Part shown: positions 28,001 to 39,900 of the stretch, piece by piece | Layout of the letters: every line of letters begins with the position of its first letter | Position numbering within the stretch: the stretch's first letter is position 1 | Notes under the pieces: model-generated | What the model saw: only the letters and a program-made list of their open reading frames with translations | Told to the model about the DNA's origin: nothing | The model's database searches: none | Assembly: GCA_051294375.1 (NCBI GenBank) | Contig: CM119263.1 | Location: forward strand, 8,433,398 to 8,497,397 | DNA: 64,000 nucleotides | DNA from: Paraspadella gotoi | Lineage: Eukaryota; Animalia; Chaetognatha | Direction of reading: 5' to 3' | Made by a program: the position numbers and the translations under genes

Positions 28001-31000
28001 TGGCCGCCGATCCCCCGCCGCCGTCCCCACCGACAACTATGGGTATTTCGCCGCCCGGCATTCAGGTCAAGAAGCCCGCTGTTGGGTCCATTGGCGGCGG
28101 CGCCACGAAAAAGAAGCTTTCTCTTTCCGACGTGGTGGCGTCCTTATCGGTGAAGGCGGCGTCGGCAACAAAGGAAGTATCCGAGGCTGTGTCACCGAAC
28201 TCAGAGACGGAGCCCCCGCGTCGGAGGACAATGGAGTGCGGAAGGAGGCGGTTTTTCAAGCCTCCGGCTGCTGCTGCCGCTGCCGAGACCGACAAGCGCC
28301 TCTCTCCGCCCATTACCGATGTCCTTTCCTCCCTACCCCCTCGGCCTCCAGCGCATCTCCTCTCAGTTCCTCCTCTCCTTCTAAATGCCAACTCTTCCGA
28401 TCCGCCTTCCGCGTCTTACCCCACTTCCTTGTCCGCGCTTCACGCTTCGCTCCCAGCTGCTTCCCCACCGCCCCTCTCTACCTCCCCCTCACCCGCCAAA
28501 CGGGCCCGCGGGTTCGCGCCGCTGGACGAACTGCGGATCCGGCACCGCGCCAACCCCAAGACTCAGATCGCCGCTGAACCTTACGCGCCGCCTCAGATCG
28601 GTGTCCTTTCCATCTCTCTTCTAAAAATGTCGTCACAGGCGGCCTGCGTCACTTGCGCTGCTTGCCGAAAACTGTTCACCGTGACGGGGTTTGTTGGACA
28701 CGCCCACCATCGGCTTCACATGAGCGACGATCCTCCGCCTCCCGTCGATCTCAACACCAGGTTCGTCAAGGACTTGAGCGTGAAATCGCTCGTTGCCGCT
28801 CCGTTTTTATTTACAGTTTAATAGGAAACCTACGTATTTATTAAGGTTGATTTTTCTTTTGCCATTGTTGTTAATTTAAATTCTCACTAGTTATTAAATT
28901 ATTTAAAATTTTTTTAAAGTTCAAAAAAAGAAATTTGGCGAAAATCCATTTTTCTTCTCAGGCTTTTGGAATTTCATCCTCCACCGGAAGCTGTTGGACA
29001 TCCAACTTCCAAAGCTGCCGCGACCCTCATTGCTGACATTTGGTCATCAATATTACGAAAGCACAACCGTAAGATCGAGGTCGTGACTGCGACGACGACG
29101 ACCCCTCCGTCAAAAGCGGCGCCAACATCTGCAGCCAGTTTCGGAGAGAGTGTCGCCGCCGCTGACGAAGCCGAAATAAGAGACGATTCGGATGCACGGG
29201 TCAAGGAGAACGTGGGAATCCAGGTGCAATATAACGAGAAATAAAATTTGAAGCCAGTTTAATTGAGGTTTTAACGTTTTCTTTTTGCCTTAGGCCTGCT
29301 TCCCCAACATGGAATTTGAGGATTCTTCATCCGACAGCGATTCGGAAACTCGGCGTGATGCCGTATTTTCCCCGACACAGCAGCATCAGGAACTGCAACA
29401 ACCGCAAATGCAACTTCGGATGCAGCAGCGGTTACTGAGCGTTGCTGCCAGTCGACAGTTGCAGCATAATCATAACATCGAAGTCATTAAAATTTCCGAA
29501 CGATACGAAGAAGGGGAAGGTGAGATATGGAAGTTTATAGATTATTTTACGTCCTAACCCTGTCTGAACTTTTTTCTAAACACGTGCTACTTTTTATAAT
29601 GTCTTTATTTTTTTCGGTTTTTCTTGGACCTTTTCAACGTCTTCTCCCCCCCCCCTCCTTTCCACAGACGATCTCGACGAGGATTTGGACGACGAGGAGG
29701 TGGACGTTTATCAGTCCGAGCGACGTCGTCGGATGATGCCAGAAAATGAAAAAAACCGGCCTCTGAGCGAAGTCAGCGATTTGGACATCATCCGCGTCGA
29801 TGCTCTCGGAAAAGAGGTTAAAAATGTTTTTTAGGATTTTCTTTCAATGATCAAGAAATGCTCCATTTTTCATTTTTTCCTTTTTTTCCCCCTTTTCTCT
29901 TCAGGACGATTCACACGCTCAGTGGAGCGACGATGAGGAACTTCTCAGTCCATCTTCTTCCTCGTCCGCCCCATTTTCCTATTGGGGCGACGACGCCGGC
30001 GGGCGCGGAGTTTTCTCCGTTCAACCCTCGACCCCGGAGCAGCCGTCTCGCCTCGCCAATGCTACACCGGCGAGAAGAACCAACTGCGGCGTTTGTCAGG
30101 GTGAGAAATTTGCTAGAGGCTTTGTAGTAATTCAAAATATTTGAAAACTGTTTCTTTCCGTCTCAGGGTGCAAGGTGCCCAACAACTGCGGAACTTGCGC
30201 CCCTTGTCGGAACAAAAATCTCAAGAAAAAATGCGTGCAGCGTCGATGTTTGGCGCTGCTCACTGATCCAAGAGGAAGGGTGAGTCTATATTTTTTTTTC
30301 ATTTGTTCTCTTTTGTATGAATATTATTAATTCCTTTTCCAAGAAATATTTGAATAATATTGATTGATATTTGATATTTTGCGTATATATTTTATTGTTA
30401 TTTGTTCTTGTGCTTAATAAATCGTAATAAAGAAGAAAAAAAATTTCAGGCAATACACGTCGAAGACTCCCCGTCTTCCGATATCAAGATCCTAGAAATA
30501 CAACTCGTTCTTCCCGAAGACGGTGATCCAGATACCGCTCCCACCGCTGCCGATTTTACCCCCGCTTCACGTGCTACAATCTCACCCAACGCCACTCTCG
30601 CCGACTCTTCCCCGCGCTACTACCCTCCTATGCAGCAGCAGCAGCAACAACAACAAAAGCAGCAACCTCAGACGCAGTTCTCGCAAAGGGCAACCCCCGT
30701 CGTCGCACAACGTTACGTTACTGGAGTAGCCGGTGAGGACTTGGGAAGGAACCGTGAGGGAATAAGTTTTTTAACGTTTGTTTATGATAATTACATAATT
30801 ACAATAATATATACATGTATTTTCATTATGGAGAAAAACAGGTGCATTTAAGTTAAATTTTAACCAAAAAAATTTTTTTCCCAAATATTTCTACTTATAT
30901 TCATAAGTCATCATCAGTGGATTAATAGAAAAATTGATATTGTAAACACTAAACAGGGCAAAAGAGAGAGAGAGAGAAATATATATAGATATAGAGAGAG

Positions 31001-32400
31001 AGATAACATAAATGACCATGAACATTGAACAACAACGATAATTCAAATATGTTGCGCCGCAGTGACTACCTTATCACGTGTATTTCTCGTGACGTGGCAG
31101 TACATGATTACAATAACTTTCTTAATCTTAGCCGGTGTATTTATGACACGCACTCCATCGGAATTTCGTTTTATATATATTTTTTATAGTTTTAGGATTT
31201 CCTAAAGGCAGCGCTAGCAGTCCCTTAGATTTGTGGTTTTTTCCTGTCTTAACAAATGAGCAACCAACTATATACAAGTTATGAGCATTTTTAACGCAAG
31301 TGAGACAGACCGACCGAAAAGTGACTTATCGAGTTTCTCCGCGAGTACTCGCGGCGCAACTAAAAAGAAAAAAGGTCATGAGTCACAGAGATTGTTCCCC
31401 GTTTACTCGATCCTTTTTTCTATTTATCCACTGATGATGACTTTTGAAATTAAGTCGAAATATTTGGGGGTAAAAAAGGTTTTTGTTAACTGAGCCTGTT
31501 ATTCTCCATAATGAAAATACGTTTATATTATTAAATTTATGCAGTTAAAACATATATAATTACAATTTTTAGTGGCGACTGCGCCGAAGAAGCTGCGACG
31601 CGTTCTTAACTGCGGAAATTGCGCGCCTTGTCTGACCTTAGAAAATTGCGGTAAATGCGCCACCTGCATGACGCCGGAGTGGAAGCAAAAGTGCGAGCGC
31701 CGTCGGTGAGATTTGTGGGAGATGTCCTTTCTGACTTTCTTTCCAACATTGCTGCATATGACTTATTTCTATTATCTCAGGTGCGTCCTGCTGCCTCCGC
31801 GGGACTGGGGTCAAAAGTCGATCGACAAGCGAAGAAAATGGGAGGAAGAGGAGGACGAGGAGCGAAAGAAGGAGGAAGAAGTGACGGTGAAAGAGGAAGA
31901 ATGGGTGGAGGAGTCGAGAAAGAGAAAGAGAGAACTCTCGTCGCCAGAGAGAGAAGGGAGACCAGTAAAGATACGAGTGAGAAAAGTAGAGGACGAGAAG
32001 GAAGTCCTAGAGGGGCAGGAGGAATTAGAAAAAGATAAGTCGGAGGAGAAAAGCGAAGCCACGTCGACCGAGGAAGAAGTCGATGATTATCGTCGGCCAA
32101 ACCAGACGGAGAAACAACGACCGGGCCTTCTCACGCGGAGTCAAAAAGTGGATATACAGGTCGGTTAATTGATTCTTTCCGGAAAGATACTTTGAAATTA
32201 TGGCTAGCCAATTAGTCAATTAATCAACTTATCCGTGATTACGTTTCTAGGTGGTCGAGTTGTCCAAACTCCACGATCTCCGTCGGTCAGAGATGATGCA
32301 GTCGGCCTGGCGGAAGTTGCGGCGCCGAACTAACGACGACGACGACGGATTCGGCGTCGTTATTCGTCGGATGACGGAAGCGAGTGGCGGTGTATCGTGA
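10022..32400 (+). CDS. Giant (about 4,500 aa by hand estimate, 44 exons) Ski/Sno-domain, C2H2 and CXXC zinc-finger nuclear protein
   Basis: All 43 junctions traced in phase from ATG 10022 to TGA 32398-32400. Ski/Sno/Dac-like domain LPAIVLDGVPMIRLADIHHQ|VLRD...SCVVVTPDVAHSVIDSY (about 19000-19745). C2H2 fingers at 23290-23445 and 23880-23950. Ski SAND-like module AACVTCAACRKLFTVTGFVGHAH (about 28640-28710). CXXC fingers at 30084-30250 and 31611-31785. AT-hook RGRPRK at 15641. One exon is 4.7 kb (24086-28760). Confidence 0.8.
10268..10735 (+). mobile_element. Degraded reverse-transcriptase fragment, DIRS/Ngaro-like, in intron 1 of the Ski-domain gene
   Basis: Translation NLDDFLL...SSPSTPLILLGIRFN...QLSSLCGLL resembles the DIRS-type RT pattern YLDDFL...PST.L.FLG...LQSL.G.L. 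There is an upstream in-frame stop at 10313. Confidence 0.55.
10923..11170. repeat. Diverged local direct duplication
   Basis: TTCTTGTYTAGCAYTTGTCTACATCCCATTT and AAAAGAATGTT...AAAAATGTAATTT...ACATTG each occur twice. Confidence 0.7.
12764..12799 (-). ncRNA. Degenerate minimal hammerhead ribozyme core
   Basis: Minus strand reads CTGATGA-A-GACTT-gaaacta-AAGTC-GAAA; the cleavage triplet is lost. Confidence 0.5.
15035..15168. repeat. 24-bp intronic minisatellite, about 5.5 copies
   Basis: Unit ACTATCATCGCAGCAATGAATATG in tandem without spacers. Confidence 0.95.
21355..21451. repeat. Interspersed repeat fragment
   Basis: Near-identical reverse-complement copy at 44117-44212 and a partial copy at about 14155. 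Confidence 0.8.
21590..21960 (+). mobile_element. Highly degraded non-LTR (LINE) RT remnant
   Basis: Stop-riddled frames give IEQGLQRYGTLT (QG motif-like) and SIINDIIILSN...KLLNNIEE*C (YADD region-like). Confidence 0.3.
31190..31364 (-). mobile_element. DINE-1/Helentron-like non-autonomous element
   Basis: Reverse-complement homolog of 46031-46250, with TTTAGTTGCG terminus, palindrome CGAGTACTCG and GTCY tetranucleotide repeats. Confidence 0.6.
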
Positions 32401-33219
32401 CTTATCTTTTCTTGACTCTCGTCTCTCGCCAAGGACATGGAGTGGGACAAAAACGGTCACGGAATCGCTATGACTGAGACGACTGAGACTAAATTCCTCT
32501 CTCCCCTCCCCTAATTCTTTTTGAAGCTTAACTTAACGCACGATTTCTTTGTTTTCAATTTAACCTGTATACTATTTCGTCCTATGAATATGATAAAAGA
32601 TTGCCACATAACTGTTGATTATTCTATGATAAATTATTCGTTATTATTTCTTGATTGTCGTTTTTTGTTTTTTCGTTTCGTAGTCGGAACTTAGTCACTC
32701 AAGAGAAAGAATTTAGTGTCTTTTGTCCGATTGACTATTTTCAATTGTTTACTTTTAAAAAGGAGAAAAATTAGTGTTTTTAAATCATTTGTTGTAAACG
32801 CGCCCCTCCCCCCAAGAGTGTTTATTAAGTCGACGTCGCCCAAAATGTTAAAAATGTCCGTTATAATATCTCGAACGCATAGCAAACAAAGAAGAAAGAC
32901 ATATATATATTATATATATATTATATATATATCAACATTCTTAACGAGATAGCCAGTAATTCTTGCGTTTCGCTGATTACTTCATTCTGTTTAATTAAAT
33001 TCAAAGGATTTATTAAAATTATACTGTTTAGGTAATAAGACTCAAAGAAATGCTTATAGAAATATACGATGCTCTGTCATAGGTTGAAGCCCTACTATAG
33101 CAAAGCCCCGAAATACAATATGGCAATCCTTAAAATTTACGCGTTTTATTGAAGGCATGTAGAAGCTGAAATATACGTAGGTCTGAGTAGGGAGGTTAGA
33201 CGTGTTCCAGAACAAAAAA

Positions 33220-33600
33220 GCAACGTGGCCTTATCCTTATTGCCACATATTTTAGCCAATCAGAGCGCCCAAAGCGATTTTGAGAATTGCATTACCACCT
33301 TTATTATTCCTTTCTCCTCAAATAGATTGTTTTTATAATTGCTTCTTGATTATTTTTTTGGGGAAAAAGCTAATCCTTAAAACGCGTTTATCATTAGCAA
33401 ATAGTTTTGTAAAAGTTATATTCTCAATTTTGCTTAATAAATGGCAAAAAAGATTTTCTGTTAACTAAATTGGTCTACTCACCTCAACGATTTCTAAATC
33501 GGGTTTAGATTCCTAATAGGAGTTCCCCTCGTCCAATCAGCGATCTTGTTTTGAGAAATGAGGAATCGTATGGACCAATGACAGACCGCATCGTGGCGTG
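33220..33600 (+). promoter_or_regulatory. PDIA4 proximal promoter with NF-Y boxes and UPR-like cores
   Basis: AGCCAATCAG (CCAAT at 33256), GTCCAATCAG (33533), GACCAATGAC (33575), ATTGG (33469), ACGTGGC at 33223 and CGTGGC at 33592. No exact ERSE spacing. Confidence 0.5.
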
Positions 33601-33905
33601 CTGTCCAGCTGAGGCTCGAACTACAAAACCGGTGTTGTACCGTTCGTTTTCACCAGTGTATTTAATAATTATTTTAGTATTAAATATTCAGAATACGTTT
33701 TGTTATAAGACTCCTATATTATGCATGATTTTAGCCATAGTTCGCGTCGCTTTAGTTTTTCTTCTCCGATTCAAAATCATCTTAGTTAATTCATTTGCAT
33801 CTGATCTACTGTCTGTCAAAATTTTATTCCCCAGTTAATTTAACGATTAATTTTGATATTAAGTAAACTTAGAAGAACATATTTTAACTCGATAAAACCA
33901 AAAAA

Positions 33906-36900
33906 ATGGAGTGGAAGTCATTGCTTCTTTTATCCTTATTTCTTGCGTCGACGGCGACCATTTTGGCCGAAAACGACGCCGGTTCCGACGCCGAGGCAGA
34001 CTCCATTGATTCCCCGGCGACGGACGACGACGCCGACGAATCGGAAGTGGAGGGGACGGAAGGCGACCCAGACGTTGAGAACGAAGTAGTCGTCCTCACT
34101 AAGAAGAATTTCGACGACTTCATCAAAGTGAGAACGAGATGATAATTATGATATAGTTTCGAGGTTTTGATTTTACCGAGGGGCGACCCTTAAGTTGATA
34201 TTTTTGTTTGTATCGTTATAGAGATTTTTTTTTGTTCAATCTTCAATTTTTCTTCTTTTTCGCCAGAACGAAGCTTTTACTATCGTGGAATTTTACGCAC
34301 CTTGGTAAGAATTTGCTTTATCATTAAACCTATTTCCTTGAGACATTCGAAAGAAACCTCCATTTCGCTCTTCCGCTGCCAGGTGCGGTCATTGCCAGCG
34401 TCTTGCGCCTGAATGGGAGTCGGCGGCGGCGACATTGAAATCGGCCCCAGTTCCGGTCAAATTGGCCAAACTGGACGCAACCGACGAGCCTGATCTCGCT
34501 GGAAAATACGGAGTCAGTGGTTACCCTACTCTCAAGGTTAGAGATAGAGGTCGATGATTTCTCGAGTGGCGTTTTTGTCGCTCTGTTTTGGCGTTTTCCT
34601 GCCTGAGGTTGACGATGTTCTTACGTCGCGTATCAACCTGACGCCATCCTTCAGGTTTTCCGTAACGGCGAGGAAGATTCTGAAGCGGGGGACGTTCCTC
34701 GAACCGCCGACGAAATCGTCGCCTTCGTCAGGGAAAAATCCGATCCGAACTACAAGCCGCCGCCGTCTGCGGGTGAGTGCCTCGATCCTCCTTTAATGAC
34801 GGATGACGCGGTTTCGGTGGAGCGTGTGACGATTGACCAATGACCATCGTTATTACCGCTTTCCAGTGATCGATTTGACGGATTCCGGTTTTCACGATTT
34901 TATTCTCGAAAACGAACTTTCATTGGTTGAATTCTTTGCACCCTGGTGAGTAAAGCTAACCGTACCTTTTTGAATTCATTTGTCTCAGTCCAAATTAAAA
35001 TTGAGAATAAATGTAAATAAATCGTATCATTCAGTTCATGTATAATTTCTAGTATTTGGATACAAAAACTACCTTTGAAAGTAATTAAACGACAATCTAA
35101 AACAAAATAAAATATTTTATAGATATTTTGATAGATACGTACTCGCCGAGAAAATTAAACATTACTGTTCCGAAAAATTGAAGATCTAATTAATTTTTTT
35201 CTTAGCGTATTTTTAAAATTAATCTCCATTTATCTTGCAGAATTGGTTTTTCATTTTAATTTTCCGTTTTTTTGTTTGTTTGTTTGTTTGTTTGTTTTTT
35301 TTTTTTTTTTTTTTTTGTTTTTTTTTTTGTTAAGCCATCAAAACTAATACAAGTCATTCACTTTATTCTGTCTCGGTTGGAAAGTAAAAAAAATCCGACT
35401 TTTGTACATCACGTAAAGCCCATGTCATAGCCGGCGCCTTAGATTCTCACAACAAAGTTGTAATAACCAGAACTTTAATGCGAACATGTTTTTCTATATC
35501 AACCGTAAATCGCTTTTACAATATATTGTAGAGGTGTTTAAAAACAACAGTTCAAAGGTTCTCTTCTTTCTGTCGGGAGTTTATCGAGGTCATGTTTTTT
35601 TACAAAAAGAAGATTTAAGCGATGTGTACTAAAAAGGGAGAAGCTCGAAGATCTTATTTGTCCGTGGTTTTTCAAGGTAAAAACTGTACATCGTCTATTC
35701 TCGAAATGACTACATGTCAATCCGCCGAATCACTTCTTACTCGTCCGCACGCAATCCACGTCACGTGAACGTAACTCGTGGCTGAGGGTAAATTCGTTTT
35801 CGCCCATATCGTAACTCCTTCCCTGGACGGTCCAAAGTTTCCGGCGGAAAAGGGAATGGCCCCGCTAAACGCGCCCGCTGCGTTGACGTTTACCTTAAGA
35901 GATGTTATAAAAATTAACGATACAAGGTGAAACACGACAATCCGCCGCAAGAAAAAAAGTCGTATGCAAACCTGCAGTTTTTTTAAATTTTTTTTTCAGT
36001 AATAAAACCAAAGTTAATTATAACCAAATTTCATATTGATTGGTTATAATTTGACTTGGCAATGAGCGGAGAAAAGTTGCCTTAAAAATCGTTTTTCATT
36101 TTAAAACTTTAAAATTTTTTTTTAAATCTATTTGTTTTATTTTTGAAATATTTTTTAAATAACTTTTATCTAAAAAGGTATCATTATTAATATCTTCTGA
36201 AAGCTCTTGGAAATTTGAAAAGAATGATATATTAAAAATACCAGTTTTAATTTAATCAAGATAATCAAAATTAAAAAAATGAATTTTTAAAATATTATAT
36301 TTTTTTAAATATTTGACCTATTTACACTATAATGATAGAACCAATTATTATCTATATATTGTATTATTCCTTTCTTTTCGTTGAGTTTAGAGATTTAAAA
36401 AAAGTTTGAAATTTTTGTTTTATCATCAATTTTATTTATATACGGACATGTTTCGACTCTTTTGGTTGCGAGTCTTCATCAGCGTTGACAGTTTTGAAAT
36501 AAGTTTACAAAATTGTGCAAAAGGAGTGAAAGAGAGAGAGAAAGAGAGAGACAAATAGAGAGAGGGCAAAAAGTTTCCAACACAGTGGTTAAAAGGTGAG
36601 GACAATTAGGTAAACTTATTTTAAAACTGTCAACGCTGATGAAGACTCGCAACCAAAAGAGTCGAAACATGTCTGTATATAAATAAATTAGTTGATGAAA
36701 CAAAAATTTTAAACTTTTTCTAAATCTATCTATATATTATATAGGTACTATAAAAAATTAAAATGGCTAATAATAATTTAATAATTATTCCAAACATGCT
36801 TTTTGATAATTTGAATTTAATAGTTATCTTAGTTTTGTTTACTTTTATTGATTTAAAGCTGGATTAACTAATTTTTAAATTATAGTATTTTTAATTAGGC

Positions 36901-39900
36901 CATACTCTTCATATTTTCAAGAGCTTTCAGAAGATATTAATATTATTATTTTTTTAAAAAACATTCAAAAAGTTGGACAAAAAGATTAAGAAAAAAGATT
37001 TGTTTTAAAATGAAAAACGATTTCTAAGACAACTGTGTGTCACACAAAATCCAGTCTAATATATTTTTTTTATCTTATTTTTTTATCATTTATGCTTTCA
37101 ACTTTGCTTTTAACCTTTTTAGCATCTTACAAGATGATAACATGATATTTCCAAAATGTCTTCGTAAAAAGAAAGGCGTGTCTGTAGCCGGGACTAATAT
37201 AACTACAGTCTTTGGCTAGACTTGACTGAAAAGGATACCTATATATAATATACATTAAAGCATAGTAAAAAGTTTAAATTTAACTTAAATTAAAATTCTA
37301 ATGAACATTAATGTATTTAAAAAATTTATTATAATTTTTTGCAATTAACGCATTCGGCTATATTTATATATTGTACTAACCCTATAATGTTAAAATTTCA
37401 AAATGGTTTTTTATCAGATTTGACAGATTTGGATTCGTCATAAAAAGTTGATAAAAATAAATATAAATATAGTTTTTTTAATTTTTAACCTACTTAATAA
37501 AGGAATTTTTAAAAATGTGTTATATTTTCTTTTATGAACTTTTGATGAGGAATCCAAATTTGCCATCAAAATTAAGAAAAGTCCTTTTTGAAATTTTAGG
37601 ATTTCTTAGCACTATATATAAATATAACCTAATACGAAAATAAAAAAATATAAAATTAATTTTTTAAATAAATTAATGTTCACAGGTGGTACGTTGTTCA
37701 TAATTGACAATTAGAATTTTCATACGTGACTTTCACTACGCTCTAATATACATATATAGATTATATATAGTATATATAATATATATATCTAAAGAAACGA
37801 TAAAATATTTAGTCACGGATATTTGAATGATAAATGATCATCCGCTCACTTGTATCTTGGGTGGGCTGACGAAGGTTTCTTCAAAGATGACGTCTCTCGA
37901 CACGCTGCGGGCCGAAGTGAGATCGCCAGGTCGGAACTTGATCAAACCCATTTGACAGATGTGCTCAGTCGAGTAGTAAGGTGTTCCTATTTTTTGTTTA
38001 TTAAATTATATTCGTTAACTGATTAAGATAGAACGAAATCTTATAAAAGCACGTTTTGATTTTTATTGTACCTCCGATTTCCCTTACGAGATTGAAGAAA
38101 GCTATTAACGCAACGATGTAAGAGTTCATTGTCCTGTTTTTCGTCTTCTGTGGCAAAATTTTTTAACAAATTTTTAATAAATATTTCACAAAAATTTGAG
38201 AAAATATCATACGATGTCGCAAGTTGAGATTTACTTAAGGAAAACATCCACAATTAAACGAATTAGGAAATTGTTTGCTTTTTGAAAAAATTCAAACGTT
38301 CCCGCTAAATTTTCGATCGAAACAGAGTGCAACGTCGGGAGCATTGTCAGAAATACCTGACTTATAAGTTTGAGAAATTCGTGTCGAGGCGGAGACGCTT
38401 TTACGGCCCCGGCGCGAAAAAAATCGTTAACTTGAAAATCAAAATAAGATGAAAAAAAGACCTTTGCACTCGCCTCAGGGAAATCCGTTAGCCTTTTTTT
38501 GGGGTGAAATGATTTAATTTTATTGAATAATTGAAAATTATTTATCAATTATAACTGATTAAAATTGTTTTAATGTCTGTCGAATTTCAACAAATTCCCT
38601 CGCTTTTCAAATGGGTTTCCTGATAAACCTCATTTGCATATTGTCAGATATTCGCTCCTCCTACGACGTTCTTTTATAATCCACCTTTGTCTCCCGCGTC
38701 TTCCTTTTTCCTGTTCCCGCTTTTGTCTCAGTTTAAGAGCTTAATTTCTCTTTTTCGTTCCCTGAAATTTTTAATTATTTTTTTAAATAATTACTATTTG
38801 TATTCAATTAAATTTGATCATACGTAAAACAAGAACAAACCTCAGTTCATGACTTTATTCAACGTTAAAAACATGGAAAAAAAAAGTTCAAAGTTATCAG
38901 AAGTTAAAATCTCTGATTAAAACTTGGCATACTGTGTGCTAGATCTGGCATAATTTCAAACCCTTTAGCCAGTAAAATGATCTGGCATATAGCATACAAT
39001 TAGGAATTTGAAAAAAAGTTTAAGGTTTTCCAAACTACAGCATTGAAAAAAGTATGAAAACTTTTCATCTGGCAATACAAATCTATCTAAGTTGCTATTT
39101 GCTTAATTTATTATTTTTTTCCTTGATAACAATCATGTTCATTGCCATTACAATTGTTTCAGACCTGGAAAGGATTGCAAGCAAACATACATTAAAGCCA
39201 AAGAATATTTGGTTAATACCGATTTCCCCCCAGGATGCTTGTGTAATGCTTGTACTAGTATGTTGAAGCAACTTATCAAGTGCAAGACACTATGGTGTTG
39301 GTTGGTTGGTCAGTCGGTCCGTTTGTCGGTTTAAAATTTAACGCAGTGCAATACCTTTGTGTTTTATTTTACTTCACCAGCAATATGGTTTATCGCTTAG
39401 GAAATTCACCAAAAGTATAATTTTTTACGTCTTTTTTGTTCTTATTTTTATAATAATCATTATTCTTTACTATCATAAAAGTTTTGTATTAAATTAGCTA
39501 AAAGATAATTTGGCATAATATTTAGCATAATAAGAAAAAAATATGGACATTTTTAGCATAATTTAGGGCGCCATCGAGCACATTTAATTTATGTGGAGTT
39601 TAATCAGAGGTTAAAATCATGTCCAGATTTTGTTATCATCACCAATAACAAATACTAAGATACAGATAACAATACCCAATAGAACAAAAATATGTACGAG
39701 ATATTACATAAAAAATCGGTAAATTTTTAGAAAAAGTTGACAAAAAGTGCATATAAATACGCCATATTTTCAAGGAAGGTTCTTGTTCATCTCCTCAATT
39801 TGATCTTTGAACCTTTTCTGTACCGCAGGTCGCTTGGTCTTGAAGGTCGGAGTCAGCATTTCGTTTTCAACGGACCAGAGTTCAGACGAAATAAAAATGT

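Larger units (their letters stand above)
36074..37035. mobile_element. MITE-like element with long imperfect inverted ends, containing a nested hammerhead-bearing inverted repeat
   Basis: 36074-36107 is the reverse complement of 37001-37035, and 36185-36219 of 36908-36942. Inner IR arms are about 36391-36500 and 36620-36727. Confidence 0.7.

Noticed and set aside
25272-28624. Many overlapping antisense and alternative-frame ORFs
   Set aside because: Expected shadows of GC-rich low-complexity coding sequence.
24124-28821. Stand-alone 1565-aa gene or retroelement ORF
   Set aside because: It is bounded by in-phase splice sites (24086, 28760) and lacks RT or transposase motifs; it is one large exon.
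33220-33600. Exact ERSE (CCAAT-N9-CCACG)
   Set aside because: Both half-sites occur but never at the required spacing.
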